A stretch of 62,427 nucleotides of DNA from Kofleriaceae bacterium (GCA_046597055.1 JBKJLC010000040.1:1-62427), one strand, 5' to 3'; positions 21,128-36,937 are shown, counted from the stretch's first letter. The notes: generated from the sequence alone by a model not told the origin. Numbers and translations are program-made.

Positions 21128-23389
21128 CTACTCGTCGTCGTCGCGGGCCGGGGTCGGCCGCTGGTTGAGGAACTTGTAGGCCTTGCTGTACCAGGGGCTG
21201 TCGGTCGGCACGATCTTGGTGATCTGCCGCATCATGGACCGGGCCTCGTCGGGCTGGCTGACGAGCAGCGCCGTGGCCTTGCCGTGGAGCTCCTGCGCCT
21301 TGCGCTCGAGCGACTGGCGCACGTTGGCGACGGTGGCGTTGGTCCCGGACCCGAAGTTCACCGCGTCGTCGGCGGCGATCTTGGCCATCGGGTAGTTCTG
21401 CTTGGCCATGTAGAGCGCGGCCGCCGCCGGCGCGACCTGCGCGAGCTTCTCGCGGATGACCTGCTGGTGCGTGCCACCCACGCGTCGGTCGGCGGCGAGC
21501 GCCTTCTTCAGGGCGCCGAGCGCGTCGGTCGGCTTGGCCTTCGCCATCGCCGATCCGGCGGTGAGGTTGGTGCCGATCGCCTCGTAGTCCCCGGCAAGCG
21601 CCTTCAGGCGGCGGGTGTCGTCGGCGGCGAGCGCGGCCGCCGCGGCGTCGCGCACGAGCTGCGCCGCGCCCTTGAAGTCCTTGGTCTTGTAGAGCGCGTC
21701 GGCCTTTCTCTCGACCGCCGCGCTCGACTTGAGCGTACGCGGGGGCGCTGGCTCGGGCGTCGGCACCCGCGCGCTGACGACGCGGGTCGGCGGCGCCTTC
21801 ACGATCGCGCGCGGCGGGACCGCCTTGGGCACCACCGGCCGCGGCACCGGCGGACGGCCCGCGACCGGCGCGGTCGGCGGACTCTTCACGATCACGGCCG
21901 CCGGGGCGGGCCGCGGCGTCGGCGCGGGCGGGATCGGAGCCGGGACCGCCGCGCGCTCCACGACCGTGGGCACGACCGCGGGGGGGACGACTGCCACCGA
22001 CGGCGCCACGGTGGTCGGGTCCGGCACCGTGGCCGATCGGTCGGGCACCGCCGCGACCTCCGGCTTCGGCGTCACGCGCGGCCAGGGCGCGGGCTCGCGC
22101 ACGCCCGCGGCCTGCGGCGGCGGGGTGTGCTCGTCGCCGGCGAGCATCGCGGCGAAGCCGATCGCGGCCAGCGCGGTCATGACGCAAGCAGCGATCAGGA
22201 GCGGCTTCTGGCGCCCGCGCTCGGGCACGGCCACGTACGGATACGGCGCGTCGGCGTAGGCGCGGGGCTCGACGTGCGCGGTGATCGTCATCGGCCGGCT
22301 GGACGCGCCGAACGGATCGGGTCGCGCGCCGGGCCCGTCGGCCGGCGCCGCGCTGGCGAGAAACTGCGGCAGCGGCAGCGGCAGCGGCGGGTCGGACTCG
22401 CGGTGGGAGCGGGGCGGGTCGGACTCGCGGTGGGCGCGGGGCGGATCGGACGGGCGTCGCGGCCGCGGCCCCTCGGTCTGCCGGCCCTCGATCGTCGCCG
22501 ACTGGCGCTTGGGTCGCGTGGCGGGTGCGTGCGGCTGGCGCGGCTGGGCCGCGGCGGGCGCGTGCGGCTGGCGCGGCTGCGGCGGCTCGGCGATCGGCAG
22601 CTGCGACGACGCGCGCCCGCCCTTGCCGGCGACGGTCGCGGCCTCGTCGTCCTCCTGGCCCCAGCTCGACAGCGCGGCGGTGGTCGCGCTCGGCGGGTGA
22701 TCGAACCGGAACATCGTGTTGCCGATCTCGATGCGATCGCCGTGACGGAGCTCGCAGCGCCCGTCCTCGATCCGATCGTTGATCAGCGTGCCGTTGCCCG
22801 AGCCGCGGTCGCGCAGGACCCACGCGTCGCCGTCCCACAGCAGATCCAGGTGGCGGCGCGACACCGCGATATCGGTGAGGACGACGTCGTTGTCGACCGC
22901 GCGCCCGACGTGGAGATCCTTGCCGGGGCGCAGATCGAAGCTGCGGCCGAGATCGCTGCCGGCGGTGACATGCAGCTTGGCCGCCGCGCGTGGATCGACC
23001 GCGCCGGTCGCGGTGCCCTGCACCAGCTGGCCCTGCACGAGCTGCAGCGGTGGCAGCAGCCGGCCGTGGTCTTCCACGGTCGGCTCGTCGAGGGTGGCGG
23101 TCAGGCGCTGATCGTCCGATCCGGCGACGGTGGTGCTGCCCTCTCCCCACTGCTCGTCGACCGGCCCGGCGACGCTCGCGGGCGGCGCGTCGTCGGTCGG
23201 CCGCGGCGGATCGGGCTCGATCGCGGTGCGTTCGTCGTCGTCCTCGATCGCGTGCGCGGACGCGTGCGCGACTCCGCCGGGCAGCACGGTCAGATGCGCC
23301 GGTGCTCGCCCGCTGTGGCTCGGACCACGTCCCACGAGCCGAATTCTACGGGCCGCCGCGCCGGGATTCAATGTGGGCCCATGAAGCAC
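21128..23389 (-). CDS. FHA-domain membrane protein with Pro-rich linkers
   Basis: VGRAVDND..SRRH..DRGSGNGT..LRHGDRIEIG; TM LLIAACVMTALAAIGFAAMLAG; helical C-terminus; start uncertain. Confidence 0.85.
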   Translation of the reverse strand: MLHGPTLNPGAAARRIRLVGRGPSHSGRAPAHLTVLPGGVAHASAHAIEDDDERTAIEPDPPRPTDDAPPASVAGPVDEQWGEGSTTVAGSDDQRLTATLDEPTVEDHGRLLPPLQLVQGQLVQGTATGAVDPRAAAKLHVTAGSDLGRSFDLRPGKDLHVGRAVDNDVVLTDIAVSRRHLDLLWDGDAWVLRDRGSGNGTLINDRIEDGRCELRHGDRIEIGNTMFRFDHPPSATTAALSSWGQEDDEAATVAGKGGRASSQLPIAEPPQPRQPHAPAAAQPRQPHAPATRPKRQSATIEGRQTEGPRPRRPSDPPRAHRESDPPRSHRESDPPLPLPLPQFLASAAPADGPGARPDPFGASSRPMTITAHVEPRAYADAPYPYVAVPERGRQKPLLIAACVMTALAAIGFAAMLAGDEHTPPPQAAGVREPAPWPRVTPKPEVAAVPDRSATVPDPTTVAPSVAVVPPAVVPTVVERAAVPAPIPPAPTPRPAPAAVIVKSPPTAPVAGRPPVPRPVVPKAVPPRAIVKAPPTRVVSARVPTPEPAPPRTLKSSAAVERKADALYKTKDFKGAAQLVRDAAAAALAADDTRRLKALAGDYEAIGTNLTAGSAMAKAKPTDALGALKKALAADRRVGGTHQQVIREKLAQVAPAAAALYMAKQNYPMAKIAADDAVNFGSGTNATVANVRQSLERKAQELHGKATALLVSQPDEARSMMRQITKIVPTDSPWYSKAYKFLNQRPTPARDDDE

Positions 23390-23442
23390 ACTTACCTGCG
23401 CCTACTGTGGTGCTGCGACGCGACATGGTACGTCTGACGTCC

Positions 23443-24111
23443 ATGCGCCTGACTCTCGTCCGCGCTCCCGCCGACTCGGTCGTCGAGGAGATCGGGTTCG
23501 CACCGTCGAAGATCGTCGCGATCGGGCAGAACTATCGCGCCCACGCGCTCGAGATGGGCAAGGGCATCCCGGCCGAGCCGCTGCTGTTCCTGAAGCCGCC
23601 GTCGGCGCTGCTCGCAGACGGCGGCGCGATCGAGCGGCCGGCCGGCTTTGCCCGGGTCGACTACGAGGCGGAGCTCGGCGTGGTGATCGGCACCCGCGCC
23701 CGTCGGGTGCGCGCCGAGGACGCCTTGACGCACGTGCTGGGCTACACCTGCGTCAACGATGTCACCGTGCGCGAGCTGCAGGCCAAGGACGGGCAGTGGG
23801 CCCGCGCCAAAGGCTTCGACACCTTCTGTCCGGTCGGACCTCGCATCGTCGCGGGCCTCGACCCGCGCGACCTGCGCATCCTGACCCGCGTCAACGGCGC
23901 GGTGCGCCAGGACTCGCGCACCAGCGATCTCATCTTCGACGTCGCGACCCTGATCGCGTTCGTATCGGCCCACATGACGCTCGAGCCCGGCGATCTGCTG
24001 TCGACCGGCACCCCGGCCGGGGTCGGCAACCTCGATCCGGGCGACGTGGTCGAGGTCGAGATCGAAGGGATCGGCGTGCTCCGCAACCACGTCGTCGCGC
24101 GGGAGTCATGA
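23443..24111 (+). CDS. Fumarylacetoacetate hydrolase family protein
   Basis: KIVAIGQNY, FLKPPS, DYEAEL, NDVTVRE, AKGFDTFCPVGP, TGTPAGVG. Confidence 0.93.
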   Translation: MRLTLVRAPADSVVEEIGFAPSKIVAIGQNYRAHALEMGKGIPAEPLLFLKPPSALLADGGAIERPAGFARVDYEAELGVVIGTRARRVRAEDALTHVLGYTCVNDVTVRELQAKDGQWARAKGFDTFCPVGPRIVAGLDPRDLRILTRVNGAVRQDSRTSDLIFDVATLIAFVSAHMTLEPGDLLSTGTPAGVGNLDPGDVVEVEIEGIGVLRNHVVARES

Positions 24112-24619
24112 CCGCGCTCGAGGCCGACACGATCATCCTGGGCCTCGGCGCCAACGTCGGCGGCGACCCCGCGATCCTGGCCCGGTTCGCCGCGGTCGTC
24201 TCCTCGTTCGAGATGTGGAGCACCATCCGTGCGTCCCGCGTCTATCGCAGCGCGCCGATCGGCCCGGTCCAGACCGACTACCTGAACGCGGCGATCGCGG
24301 TCGAGGCGCCACCAGGCCTGGCCGCCGCGCAGCTCCTGCGCGAGGTCCAGGCGATCGAGCAAGCTTTGGGGCGCCGGCGCGCGGTCGAGACCCGGCTGGG
24401 CCCGCGCACGCTCGATGTCGACGTGCTGCTGTGGGGCGCGCGCACGTTCGATCACGCGCACGGCCAGCTGCTCGTCCCGCACCCGCGGCTACACGAGCGC
24501 GCGTTCGCGCTGACGCCGGCGATCGACCTGGTCGGGCCCGATGCCCGCCACCCGTCCGACGGCCGGACGTTCGGCGAGCTGCTGGCGGCGGCGACCGGGC
24601 AGCGGGTCGACGTGACCGC

Positions 24620-26640
<2,021 letters not shown>

Positions 26641-26644
<4 letters not shown>

Positions 26645-27372
26645 GGCGCGGCCGGCGGTTTCGGCGGCCGCGCGGCCTTCTCGTCGTGGCCGCTGATGCC
26701 GAACCGTCGCCCGAGCTCGCGCCACACGTCCGTGAGCGGCACGTCGCGCGCGACCAGCCCGACCATGACGTGGAACAACAGGTCGGCGGTCTCGTGGACG
26801 ACCTTGCCGGCCGGGCCGGCGCGCAGCTCGACCGCGAGCTCGTCGTGCTCTTCGGCGATCTTCGCGGCGATGTGATCCATGCCGGCGTCGAGCAGCGAGC
26901 GGGTGTAGCTGCGCTTTTCGCCGGGCCCGGTGGGCGGCGCCGCCTTGCGCTGGCGCAGCACCTGCTCCAGGCGGTCGAGCACGTGCTCGTCGTCGTTCTC
27001 CGCACCCGCCACGGAGGCCGGCACGCCGTCGTCGTCGCCGGCCTCGGTGTGGAAGAAGCAGGCGGTGCGACCGGTGTGGCAGGTCGGGCCGGCCGGGGTC
27101 GCGCGCACCAGGATCGCGTCGTCGTCGCAGTCGACCCGCAGCTCGACCACACGCAACACGTTCCCGGAGGTCTCGCCCTTGCGCCACAGGGTCTGGCGCG
27201 CCCGCGAGTAGAAGTGCACCTCGCCGCTGGTGCGGGTCAGCGCCCAGGCCTCGGCGTTCATCCACGCCAGCATCAGCACCGCGCCGGTGGTGGCGTCCTG
27301 CACGATCGCCGGGCACAGGCCGCGCTCGTCCCAGGCCGGCTCGGGCAACGTGGATCCAGCGCGAAGGGCCAT
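26641..27372 (-). CDS. hisIE: Bifunctional phosphoribosyl-AMP cyclohydrolase / PR-ATP pyrophosphatase
   Basis: [39 protein letters not shown]. Confidence 0.95.
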
Positions 27373-27402
27373 GGCCGGTTGTGATCCCGCCGGGCTACCG
27401 TG

Positions 27403-28157
<755 letters not shown>

Positions 28158-28164
<7 letters not shown>

Positions 28165-28886
28165 GGCGCGTCCTCGGCGGCGACCGCCAGCGCCTCGGCG
28201 ACCGTGAACCGGCCGTCGTAGAGCGCGCGGCCGACCACCACCGCGGGCACGCCGGCCGCGGCCAGCGCGCGCAGGTCGTCGAGCCCGTGCACGCCGCCGG
28301 AGGCGATCACGTCGATGCCGACCTCGCGCGCGAGCTGCGCGGTCGCCGCGACGTTGGGGCCGGCGCCGGTGCCGTCGCGGGCGATGTCGGTGTAGAGCAG
28401 CGCGGCGGCGCCCCACGCCGCGGCGCGTCGCCCGAGCTCGATCGCGGTGATCGTCGAGGTCTCGACCCAGCCCTCGACCGCGACCAGCCCGTCGCGCGCA
28501 TCGACCGCGACCACGATCTGGCCGGGCAGGTCGCGGCACAGCGCCTCGACCACCGCCGGGTCCTTGATCGCCGCGGTGCCGAGCACGACAAAGGCGGCGC
28601 CGGCCTCGATCACGGCCCGGGCCGCCGCCACCGTGCGGATGCCGCCGCCGACCTGCACCGGCACCGGCGAGGCCTGACAGATCCGCGCGATCACGTCGGC
28701 GTGGCGACGGTCGCCGCCGAACGCGCCGTCGAGGTCGACCACGTGCAGCCGCTTGACGCCGGCGATGGTCCACTCGGCGACCAGCTCCTCGGGGTGCTCG
28801 CGGTAGACGGTGGCCTGATCGCGGCGGCCCTCCCGCAGGCGCACCGCCTGGCCCCCGAGCAGATCGATCGCGGGAAAAACCTTCAT
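28158..28886 (-). CDS. hisA: ProFAR isomerase
   Basis: [41 protein letters not shown]. Confidence 0.96.
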
Positions 28887-29500
28887 GAATTCACGAACGC
28901 GGCGAGCAGCGCCAGGCCGACCTGCTGGCTCTTCTCGGGGTGGAACTGACAGGCGAACAGGTTGTCGTGCCGGATCGCGGCGCAGAACCGACCGCCGTGG
29001 TCGCTGGTCAGCACGGTGATGCGCGGGTCGGCCGGGACCACGTGGTAGCTGTGCACGAAGTAGACGTGGGCGCGGTCGGGGATCGCGGCCAGCAGCGGAT
29101 CCACCGGCGCCTCGGGGGTCCGCTCGATCTGGTTCCACCCCATGTGCGGCACCTTGAGCGCGTGATCGGCAGGCCGGAACCGGACCACCGCACCCGGGAT
29201 GACGCCGAGGCCGCGGACCGGGCCGTGCTCCTCGCTCTCCTCGAACAGGACCTGGAGCCCGAGGCAGATGCCGAGGTACGGGGTCCCGCGCGCGATCACC
29301 TCGCGCAGCACCGGCTCGAGCCCGCGCTCGGCCAGCCCGCGCGCGAACGCGCCGAACGCGCCCTGCCCCGGCACCACCACCTTGTCCGCCTTCCGGACAA
29401 CGTCGGGATCGTGGGTCACCGTGACCTGGCCGCCGACCGCGACCAGCGCCTTCTCGACCGAGCGCAGGTTGCCGGAGCAGACGTCGACCACCGCGATCAT
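28883..29500 (-). CDS. hisH: Imidazole glycerol phosphate synthase glutaminase subunit
   Basis: GNLRSV, GICLGLQ, PHMGWN, YFVHSY, QFHPEKS. Confidence 0.97.
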   Translation of the reverse strand: MIAVVDVCSGNLRSVEKALVAVGGQVTVTHDPDVVRKADKVVVPGQGAFGAFARGLAERGLEPVLREVIARGTPYLGICLGLQVLFEESEEHGPVRGLGVIPGAVVRFRPADHALKVPHMGWNQIERTPEAPVDPLLAAIPDRAHVYFVHSYHVVPADPRITVLTSDHGGRFCAAIRHDNLFACQFHPEKSQQVGLALLAAFVNS

Positions 29501-30102
29501 GTGGTCAGGGTTCCCTTGGTCGACGGCACCGCCCCGCCGGTGCGCGGGTCGATGCGGGTCGCCTGGTCGAGCGCCTTGGCCAGCGCCTTGAAGATGATCT
29601 CGATGACGTGGTGCGGGTTGCCGCCGTGGTGCAGCACCACGTGCAGGTTCATCTCGGCCCGGGTCGCGAACGCCGCGAAGAACTCCTTGGCCAGCTCGCA
29701 GTCGAAGGTGCCGATCCACTTGCCGTCGAGCCCGGCGACCTTCCACACGAACGCGGGCCGACCCGAGAAGTCGACCGCGACCGTGACCAAGGTCTCGTCC
29801 ATCGGCAGCGTCGCCCAGCCATAACGCGCGATCCCGGCGCGGTCGCCGAGCGCCTCGCGAAACGCCTGCCCCAGCACCAGGCCGACGTCCTCGACGGTGT
29901 GGTGGCCGTCGATCTCGATGTCGCCGCGCGCGTGCACGGTCAGATCGAACAGGCCGTGGCGGGCCAGCGCGTCGAGCATGTGGGTCAGGAACGGCAGCGG
30001 CGTGTCGAGCGTGCGGCGGCCGGTGCCGTCGAGCGCGAGGTCGACCGAGATCTGCGTCTCCTTCGTGTTGCGTTCGACGCGGGCGCTGCGGAGGCCGATC
30101 AC
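29497..30102 (-). CDS. hisB: Imidazoleglycerol-phosphate dehydratase
   Basis: RNTKET, FLTHML, HHTVED, PMDE, NPHHVIE, PSTKG. Confidence 0.96.
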   Translation of the reverse strand: MIGLRSARVERNTKETQISVDLALDGTGRRTLDTPLPFLTHMLDALARHGLFDLTVHARGDIEIDGHHTVEDVGLVLGQAFREALGDRAGIARYGWATLPMDETLVTVAVDFSGRPAFVWKVAGLDGKWIGTFDCELAKEFFAAFATRAEMNLHVVLHHGGNPHHVIEIIFKALAKALDQATRIDPRTGGAVPSTKGTLTT

Positions 30103-30301
30103 GCCTCCTTGTAGCACGCACCTTCGCGGGCCCGAAACCAGGCGTTCGCCGAGGCTGATTCGCACGGGTAGCAGCGAGCGAGGCGCCTCGGATGCGAGGC
30201 GGCGGGTGGGGCCCCGACGAGGAGCGATCGTCTGGTCGTGACGAAGTTGGGGGGGGACCGGCAACGAAGCAGACGAGGCCCGCAGCCGCTGCTACCGGCT
30301 G

Positions 30302-32482
30302 CTACCGGCGGAGGCCGGCGAAGCGCGCGCGGGCGGCGTCGACCTCTTCCTGCGACTGCGCGCCGAGCAGGTCGAGGCTGGCGCGCTGCTCCTGGCCGGT
30401 CTCGGCGTCGCGGGCGCGGACCTGGAGCCGTCCCGACGCATCGATCTGGAAGGTGACCTCGATGCTGGTCTTGCCGCGTGGGCGGGGCGGCAGCCCCTCG
30501 AGCACGAGGTCGCCGAGGATCACGTTGTCGTCGATGCGGCGCGACTCGCCCTGGCAGACCCGGATGCGCACGGTCGACTGCTGATCGCGGGAGGTCGAGA
30601 ACATGCGGCGCATCTCGGTCGGCACCCGCGCGTTGCGCCGGATCAGCTCCTCGCAGTAGCCCGACACGGTGCCGATCCCGAGGCTGCGCGGGATCACGTC
30701 GAGCACCTCCGGGCCCGCTGCCGGCGGCGGCCCGAACAGCGGCGGCGCGGCCGCGCCCATGATCGTCGGCATCTGCGACGGGCCGACCCCAGCGGCGTCG
30801 ATCAGGGTCGGCTGGATCGCGATCGCCGCGCCGGCGGGGGCCGGTCCGGGCACGCCGAGGGGGCCGCGGTCGGGGAAGGTCAGGGTCGGCTGGGCCGCGG
30901 GCGCGTATGGATCGTAGGCGCCCGGCCGGGTGGCGTCGCTGGGCAGCCGCTCGTGCGTGATCTCCTCGCGCTCCGTCAGCGTCGGCTCGTCGGGCTCGCT
31001 GTCGGCGGTCGTGACCGGGATCCCGATCATGGTGCGGGCGGCCGGCCCGGCGCGACCCGGGACCGGCGGCGGCGCCGCGGCGCCGCGGTTGGTGATGCGG
31101 CCGAGCGCCTTGGTGCCCGTGCCCGGGGTGGGGTCGGGCTCGTCGAACCGATCGACCGCCTCGCCGCGCGCGACCGGCCGCTCGGTGGTCTGCCGGGTCC
31201 CGGGCGGCCGCATCGACGCGCCCATCGGCGCGGTTTGGCGCTGGCCGGAGCCCGCGGCCTCGTCCATCGCCACCTGCGGCGCGGCCGGGACGCCCGGCGT
31301 CGACGGCATCCGGCTGGTCGGCTTGCGCGCCAGGATGCGCTCGAGCGCCGAGGCCTGCAGCGCGGCCCCGATCGCGACCGCCTCTTCCGGATTGACGTCG
31401 GTGCGCGGCGCGCGCTGGAAGAACTGGGTCACCCGCTCGCGCACGTACGGGATCTTGGTGGTGCCGCCGACCAGCACGACATCCTCGATCGACTCGGCGC
31501 TGAGGCCGGCGAGCCGGAGCGCCTCCTCGCACACCGCGAAGGTCCGCTCGATCGACGGGGTCGCCCGCGCGACCAGCTGCTCACGGCTGATCTCGGTCTG
31601 CAGGTTGATCGGCGCGCCGCCTGGGCCGTACGCGATCTCGTCGACCTTGACGATCGCGCGGGTCCGGCGCGACAGCTCGATCTTGGTCTGCTCGGCGACC
31701 GCGCGCAGGCGCATCACGCCGACCTCGTTCTGGCGGACGTCGACCCGGTGCTGGGCCAGGAACTCGTCGGCCATGTGCTCCATGAGCACCTCGTCGATGT
31801 CGTCGCCGCCGAGGAACGAATCGCCGGCGGTCGCGAGCACCTCGTAGACCTGGTCTTGCAGCCTGAGCAGCGTGACGTCGAAGGTGCCGCCGCCGAAGTC
31901 GTAGACCGCGATCACCCGCGACAGCTGGCGCTGGTGGCCGTAGGCGAGCGCGGCCGCGGTCGGCTCGTTGAGCACCCGCACGACCGTGATGCCGGCGATC
32001 GCGCCGGCGGTGGCGGTCGCCGAGCGCTGGGCGTCGGTGAAGCTGGCCGGCACGGTCACGACCGCGCGCGCGACGTCCTGGCCGGTGACCTTCTTGGCGA
32101 CGTTGCGGACGTAGTCGAGGACGATCGCGGAGATCTCGGGGACCGCGAACTCGCCGCCGCGGGTGACGATCACCGGCTGCTGGTTCTGGCCCTCCTTCAC
32201 CACGTAGGAGACCCGCTGCATGGTCGCCTGGATCTCCCGCGACCGGAACGAGCGCCCGATCAGGCGCTTGGCCGAATAGACCGTGTTGCGCCCGTCGATG
32301 ATGCGGCGCTGCTTGGCGTCGACCCCGACCACGACCGAGCCGTTGGGATGAAACGAGACCACCGACGGGTGAACCTTGGTGCCGCGCTCGTCGGCGAGCA
32401 CGCGCGGTTGGCCCTGGGGGTCGCACAGCGCGATCACCGAGTTCGTCGTGCCGAGGTCGATGCCTACGATCGGGTCAGCCAC
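30302..32482 (-). CDS. Hsp70/DnaK-family paralogue with a Pro-rich insertion and no lid
   Basis: GIDLGTTNS, TVPASF, NEPTAAALAYG, DFGGGTFD, LVGGTTKIP; C-terminal SBD-beta. Confidence 0.92.
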   Translation of the reverse strand: MADPIVGIDLGTTNSVIALCDPQGQPRVLADERGTKVHPSVVSFHPNGSVVVGVDAKQRRIIDGRNTVYSAKRLIGRSFRSREIQATMQRVSYVVKEGQNQQPVIVTRGGEFAVPEISAIVLDYVRNVAKKVTGQDVARAVVTVPASFTDAQRSATATAGAIAGITVVRVLNEPTAAALAYGHQRQLSRVIAVYDFGGGTFDVTLLRLQDQVYEVLATAGDSFLGGDDIDEVLMEHMADEFLAQHRVDVRQNEVGVMRLRAVAEQTKIELSRRTRAIVKVDEIAYGPGGAPINLQTEISREQLVARATPSIERTFAVCEEALRLAGLSAESIEDVVLVGGTTKIPYVRERVTQFFQRAPRTDVNPEEAVAIGAALQASALERILARKPTSRMPSTPGVPAAPQVAMDEAAGSGQRQTAPMGASMRPPGTRQTTERPVARGEAVDRFDEPDPTPGTGTKALGRITNRGAAAPPPVPGRAGPAARTMIGIPVTTADSEPDEPTLTEREEITHERLPSDATRPGAYDPYAPAAQPTLTFPDRGPLGVPGPAPAGAAIAIQPTLIDAAGVGPSQMPTIMGAAAPPLFGPPPAAGPEVLDVIPRSLGIGTVSGYCEELIRRNARVPTEMRRMFSTSRDQQSTVRIRVCQGESRRIDDNVILGDLVLEGLPPRPRGKTSIEVTFQIDASGRLQVRARDAETGQEQRASLDLLGAQSQEEVDAARARFAGLRR

Positions 32483-33048
32483 GGGTCAGGTTCCTTGGAC
32501 GGGGGCGTGGCCGGCAGCGACTCGAGGACACCTTGGTACCAGCGCTCGAGGGCGCCGCGAAACGGCCACATCCACCCATACGACGGTCCGACGAACTGGG
32601 CCAGAATCCGGTCGCGATACGCGTCCGACCGGGGTAACTCGGGGCCGAACACATCGGCGCAGGCGCGGACCGACTCGGCGTAGGCCTCCATCTCGAACCG
32701 CGCGCGGAAATAGGCCAGCCCGAGCGGCAGCGGCAACAGCACGTACAGGATCGCCATGCCCGGCAGGGTCCAGGTCCGGAACTGTCGCAGGTGGACGGCC
32801 TCGTGGCGCAGCGTGCAGTAGCGCTCGTTGGCATCGCGGTCGTCCCAGTCGGCGGTCACGTAGATCGTGTTGCCGATCGTCGTCTGGTAGCAGTCGAGAT
32901 AGTTGTTCATGCCGCCGAAGGTGACGATCCGGAGTGCGTGATGGATCGCGCGGTGCAGGCGTGAATCACACTTCTTGACCAGGCGCATCTTCGGGAACTC
33001 GCCCCGGAGTGCGGCGACGAGGTCACGGTACCGCGCCTCGGGGTTCAT
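32464..33048 (-). CDS. Hypothetical HExxH (zincin-like) protein
   Basis: TTIGNTIYV..LRHEAVHLRQF..FEMEAY; overlaps the Hsp70 start. Confidence 0.75.
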   Translation of the reverse strand: MNPEARYRDLVAALRGEFPKMRLVKKCDSRLHRAIHHALRIVTFGGMNNYLDCYQTTIGNTIYVTADWDDRDANERYCTLRHEAVHLRQFRTWTLPGMAILYVLLPLPLGLAYFRARFEMEAYAESVRACADVFGPELPRSDAYRDRILAQFVGPSYGWMWPFRGALERWYQGVLESLPATPPSKEPDPWLTRS

Positions 33049-33064
33049 CTCGCGAGCATAGCCG

Positions 33065-33093
33065 TTGACCCGGCCCGACGCGATCCGTAGCTT
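33065..33093 (+). promoter_or_regulatory. Sigma70-type promoter, probably giving a leaderless helicase mRNA
   Basis: TTGACC-N17-TAGCTT, 8 nt before the GTG at 33102. Confidence 0.6.
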
Positions 33094-33101
33094 GGGCCGC
33101 C

Positions 33102-35180
33102 GTGGCCGTCGACGTCAGCCGGTTGAACCCACCCCAGCGCGAGGCGGCGATCCACGGTGGCGGGCCGCTGCTGGTGCTCGCCGGCGCCGGGTCCGGGAAG
33201 ACCCGCGTGATCACGTACCGGATCGCGCACCTGCTCGACACCGGCATCCCGCCCGAGGCGATCGCCGCGCTGACGTTCACCAACAAGGCCGCCGAGGAGA
33301 TGCGCGAGCGGGTCGGCTTCCTGCTCGACGACCGGCGCCAGGCCAAGAAGCTGACGATGGGCACCTTCCATGCCCTCGGCCTGCAGATCCTGAAGTCGGA
33401 GCGCAAGGCGCTCGGCTATCCCTCGGGCTTCGCGGTCTACGACCAGGCCGACCAGCTCGGCGTGGTGCGCGAGGTGCTGCGCAGCCTCAAGGACACCTCG
33501 CGCGACGGCGAGCGCCGGTTCGACGTGAAGGCGATCCTCACCCGCATCAGCCTGGCCAAGAACTCGTTCATCGCGCCCGAGGAGTACCAGCCGCGCGACG
33601 CCGACGAGTACGACGTCATCACGGCCGAGGTCTATCCGAAGTACCAGGCCGCGCTGCGCGCCTACGCCGCCTTCGACTTCGACGATCTGATCGTCGAGCC
33701 GGTGCGCCTGATGGAGCGCGACCCGGCGGTGCGCGAGCGCTGGCAGACCCGGTTCCGGTTCGTCATGGTCGACGAGTACCAGGACACCAACCGGGCCCAG
33801 ATCCGGCTGATCGAGGAGCTGGTGGCGCGCCACAACAACCTGACCGTGGTCGGCGACGACGATCAGTCGATCTACGCGTGGCGGGGCGCCGATCCGTCGA
33901 ACATCCTGCGCTTCGACGAGATGTTCGCGGGCGCGAAGATCGTCAAGCTCGAGCAGAACTACCGGTCGACCAAGACCATCCTCGACGCGGCCAACGCGGT
34001 GATCGCGCACAACGCGCTCCGCCACGGCAAGGTGCTGTGGTCCGATCACGGCGCCGGCGAGGCGATCGTCCACGCGGTCGCCGAGGACGTCGAGCAGGAG
34101 GCCCGGTGGGTCGCCCAGGAGATCCGGCGCCTGCACGAGGCCGGGCGGCGCTGGGAGGACATCGCGATTCTCTACCGTTCGAACCTGCAGGCCAAGGGCC
34201 TCGAGGACGAGCTGCGCGAGCTCGACATTCCATACCGGATGTTCGGCGGCCAGGAGTTCTACGAACGCAAGGAGGTGAAGGACGTCATCGCCTACCTGCG
34301 GGTCGCGCTCAATCCGCGCGACGAGCTGTCGCTGCGGCGGATCGTGAACTATCCGCCGCGCGGGATCGGGACCACGACCATCGAGCGGGTGGCCGCGCTG
34401 GCCCGCACCCGCCACCAGTCGATGTGGGACGTGCTGCGCTCGATCGCGACCGCGGCCGACGACCCCGCGCTCGACGAGGCCGGCCTGCGGCCCAACGTGC
34501 GCAAGACCATCGGCGGGCTGGTCGCGACCCTCGAGCGGATCGGCAACGGCCTGCGCGACGGCCACGGCCCGGTCGCGATCACGCGCGGGCTGATCGACGA
34601 GATCGAGCTGCACGCCGACCTGCGCGACGCCGCGCCCAGCGCGTCGGCGGCCCAGCGCCGGATCGACAACGTCGAGGGCCTGTTCACCTCGCTCACCAAG
34701 TTCGAGACCAAGCACGCCGGCGCCGACGCGCTGGCCGAGCACCTGCGCCGGCTGACCCTGGCGTCGAAGGACGAAGAAGAGGCCGGCGGCGACCGCATCG
34801 TCATGACGACCCTGCACGGCTCCAAGGGCCTCGAGTTCCCGGTCGTCTTCATGGTCGGCCTCGAGGAGGAGCTGCTGCCCCACGCGCGCACGCTCAACCC
34901 GCAAGCGACCGACATCATGGACGCCGACCACGCGTCCGACGTCAGCGAGGAGCGCCGGCTCTGCTACGTCGGGATCACGCGGGCGCAGCGCAAGCTGTAC
35001 CTGACCCGCGCTTGCGTCCGGGTGAGCCGCGGGCGCGCGATGCCGCGGACCCCGTCGCGGTTCCTGCTCGAGATCCCGGACGAGCTGCTCGACGTCAAGG
35101 ACCTGCCGTCGGAGGCACGCGAGAAGGTGCCGCCAACCGAAGTTCGCTCGTTCTTCGCCAGCTTCCGGCTCGACGACTGA
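33102..35180 (+). CDS. UvrD/Rep/PcrA-family DNA helicase
   Basis: [55 protein letters not shown]. Confidence 0.96.
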   Translation: MAVDVSRLNPPQREAAIHGGGPLLVLAGAGSGKTRVITYRIAHLLDTGIPPEAIAALTFTNKAAEEMRERVGFLLDDRRQAKKLTMGTFHALGLQILKSERKALGYPSGFAVYDQADQLGVVREVLRSLKDTSRDGERRFDVKAILTRISLAKNSFIAPEEYQPRDADEYDVITAEVYPKYQAALRAYAAFDFDDLIVEPVRLMERDPAVRERWQTRFRFVMVDEYQDTNRAQIRLIEELVARHNNLTVVGDDDQSIYAWRGADPSNILRFDEMFAGAKIVKLEQNYRSTKTILDAANAVIAHNALRHGKVLWSDHGAGEAIVHAVAEDVEQEARWVAQEIRRLHEAGRRWEDIAILYRSNLQAKGLEDELRELDIPYRMFGGQEFYERKEVKDVIAYLRVALNPRDELSLRRIVNYPPRGIGTTTIERVAALARTRHQSMWDVLRSIATAADDPALDEAGLRPNVRKTIGGLVATLERIGNGLRDGHGPVAITRGLIDEIELHADLRDAAPSASAAQRRIDNVEGLFTSLTKFETKHAGADALAEHLRRLTLASKDEEEAGGDRIVMTTLHGSKGLEFPVVFMVGLEEELLPHARTLNPQATDIMDADHASDVSEERRLCYVGITRAQRKLYLTRACVRVSRGRAMPRTPSRFLLEIPDELLDVKDLPSEAREKVPPTEVRSFFASFRLDD

Positions 35181-35232
35181 AGAATTCGGATCCTCCCGGC
35201 GCGGCCTGGGCGTACGCTCGAGGGACCCATCC

Positions 35233-36617
<1,385 letters not shown>

Positions 36618-36618
<1 letters not shown>

Positions 36619-36920
36619 TGTCGATCGGCGACTGGACCCTGTCTGTCACCGGCGAGATCGTCCGCGTTGACCGCGAGGACATCGACAAGTCGGGCAAGAA
36701 TCCGAAATTCAACATCTCGTTCGTGCTGAGGCCGAGCGCGGTCGAGGGTGTGCCCGCCGGGGCGATCGTCCCGGACGAGATCCCGATTCGGGTGCGCGAC
36801 CGCGAGCTGAGCGCGATGACCAAGGCGACGCTCGAGGTGGGCGACTGCGTGGTCATGCAGGCGAAGACGAACGGCCCCAAGCCCAGCGTCTTCAACATGA
36901 CGGCCGTCGAGAAGGCCTGA
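36618..36920 (+). CDS. Small hypothetical protein, possible immunity/partner
   Basis: TGATG overlap with the DUF4157 gene; high GC3; predicted beta-rich. Confidence 0.75.
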
Positions 36921-36937
36921 GCCTCGCGAAGCGAGGC
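36921..36937 (+). terminator. GC hairpin after the stop codon
   Basis: GCCTCGC-GAA-GCGAGGC; no U-tract. Confidence 0.4.
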
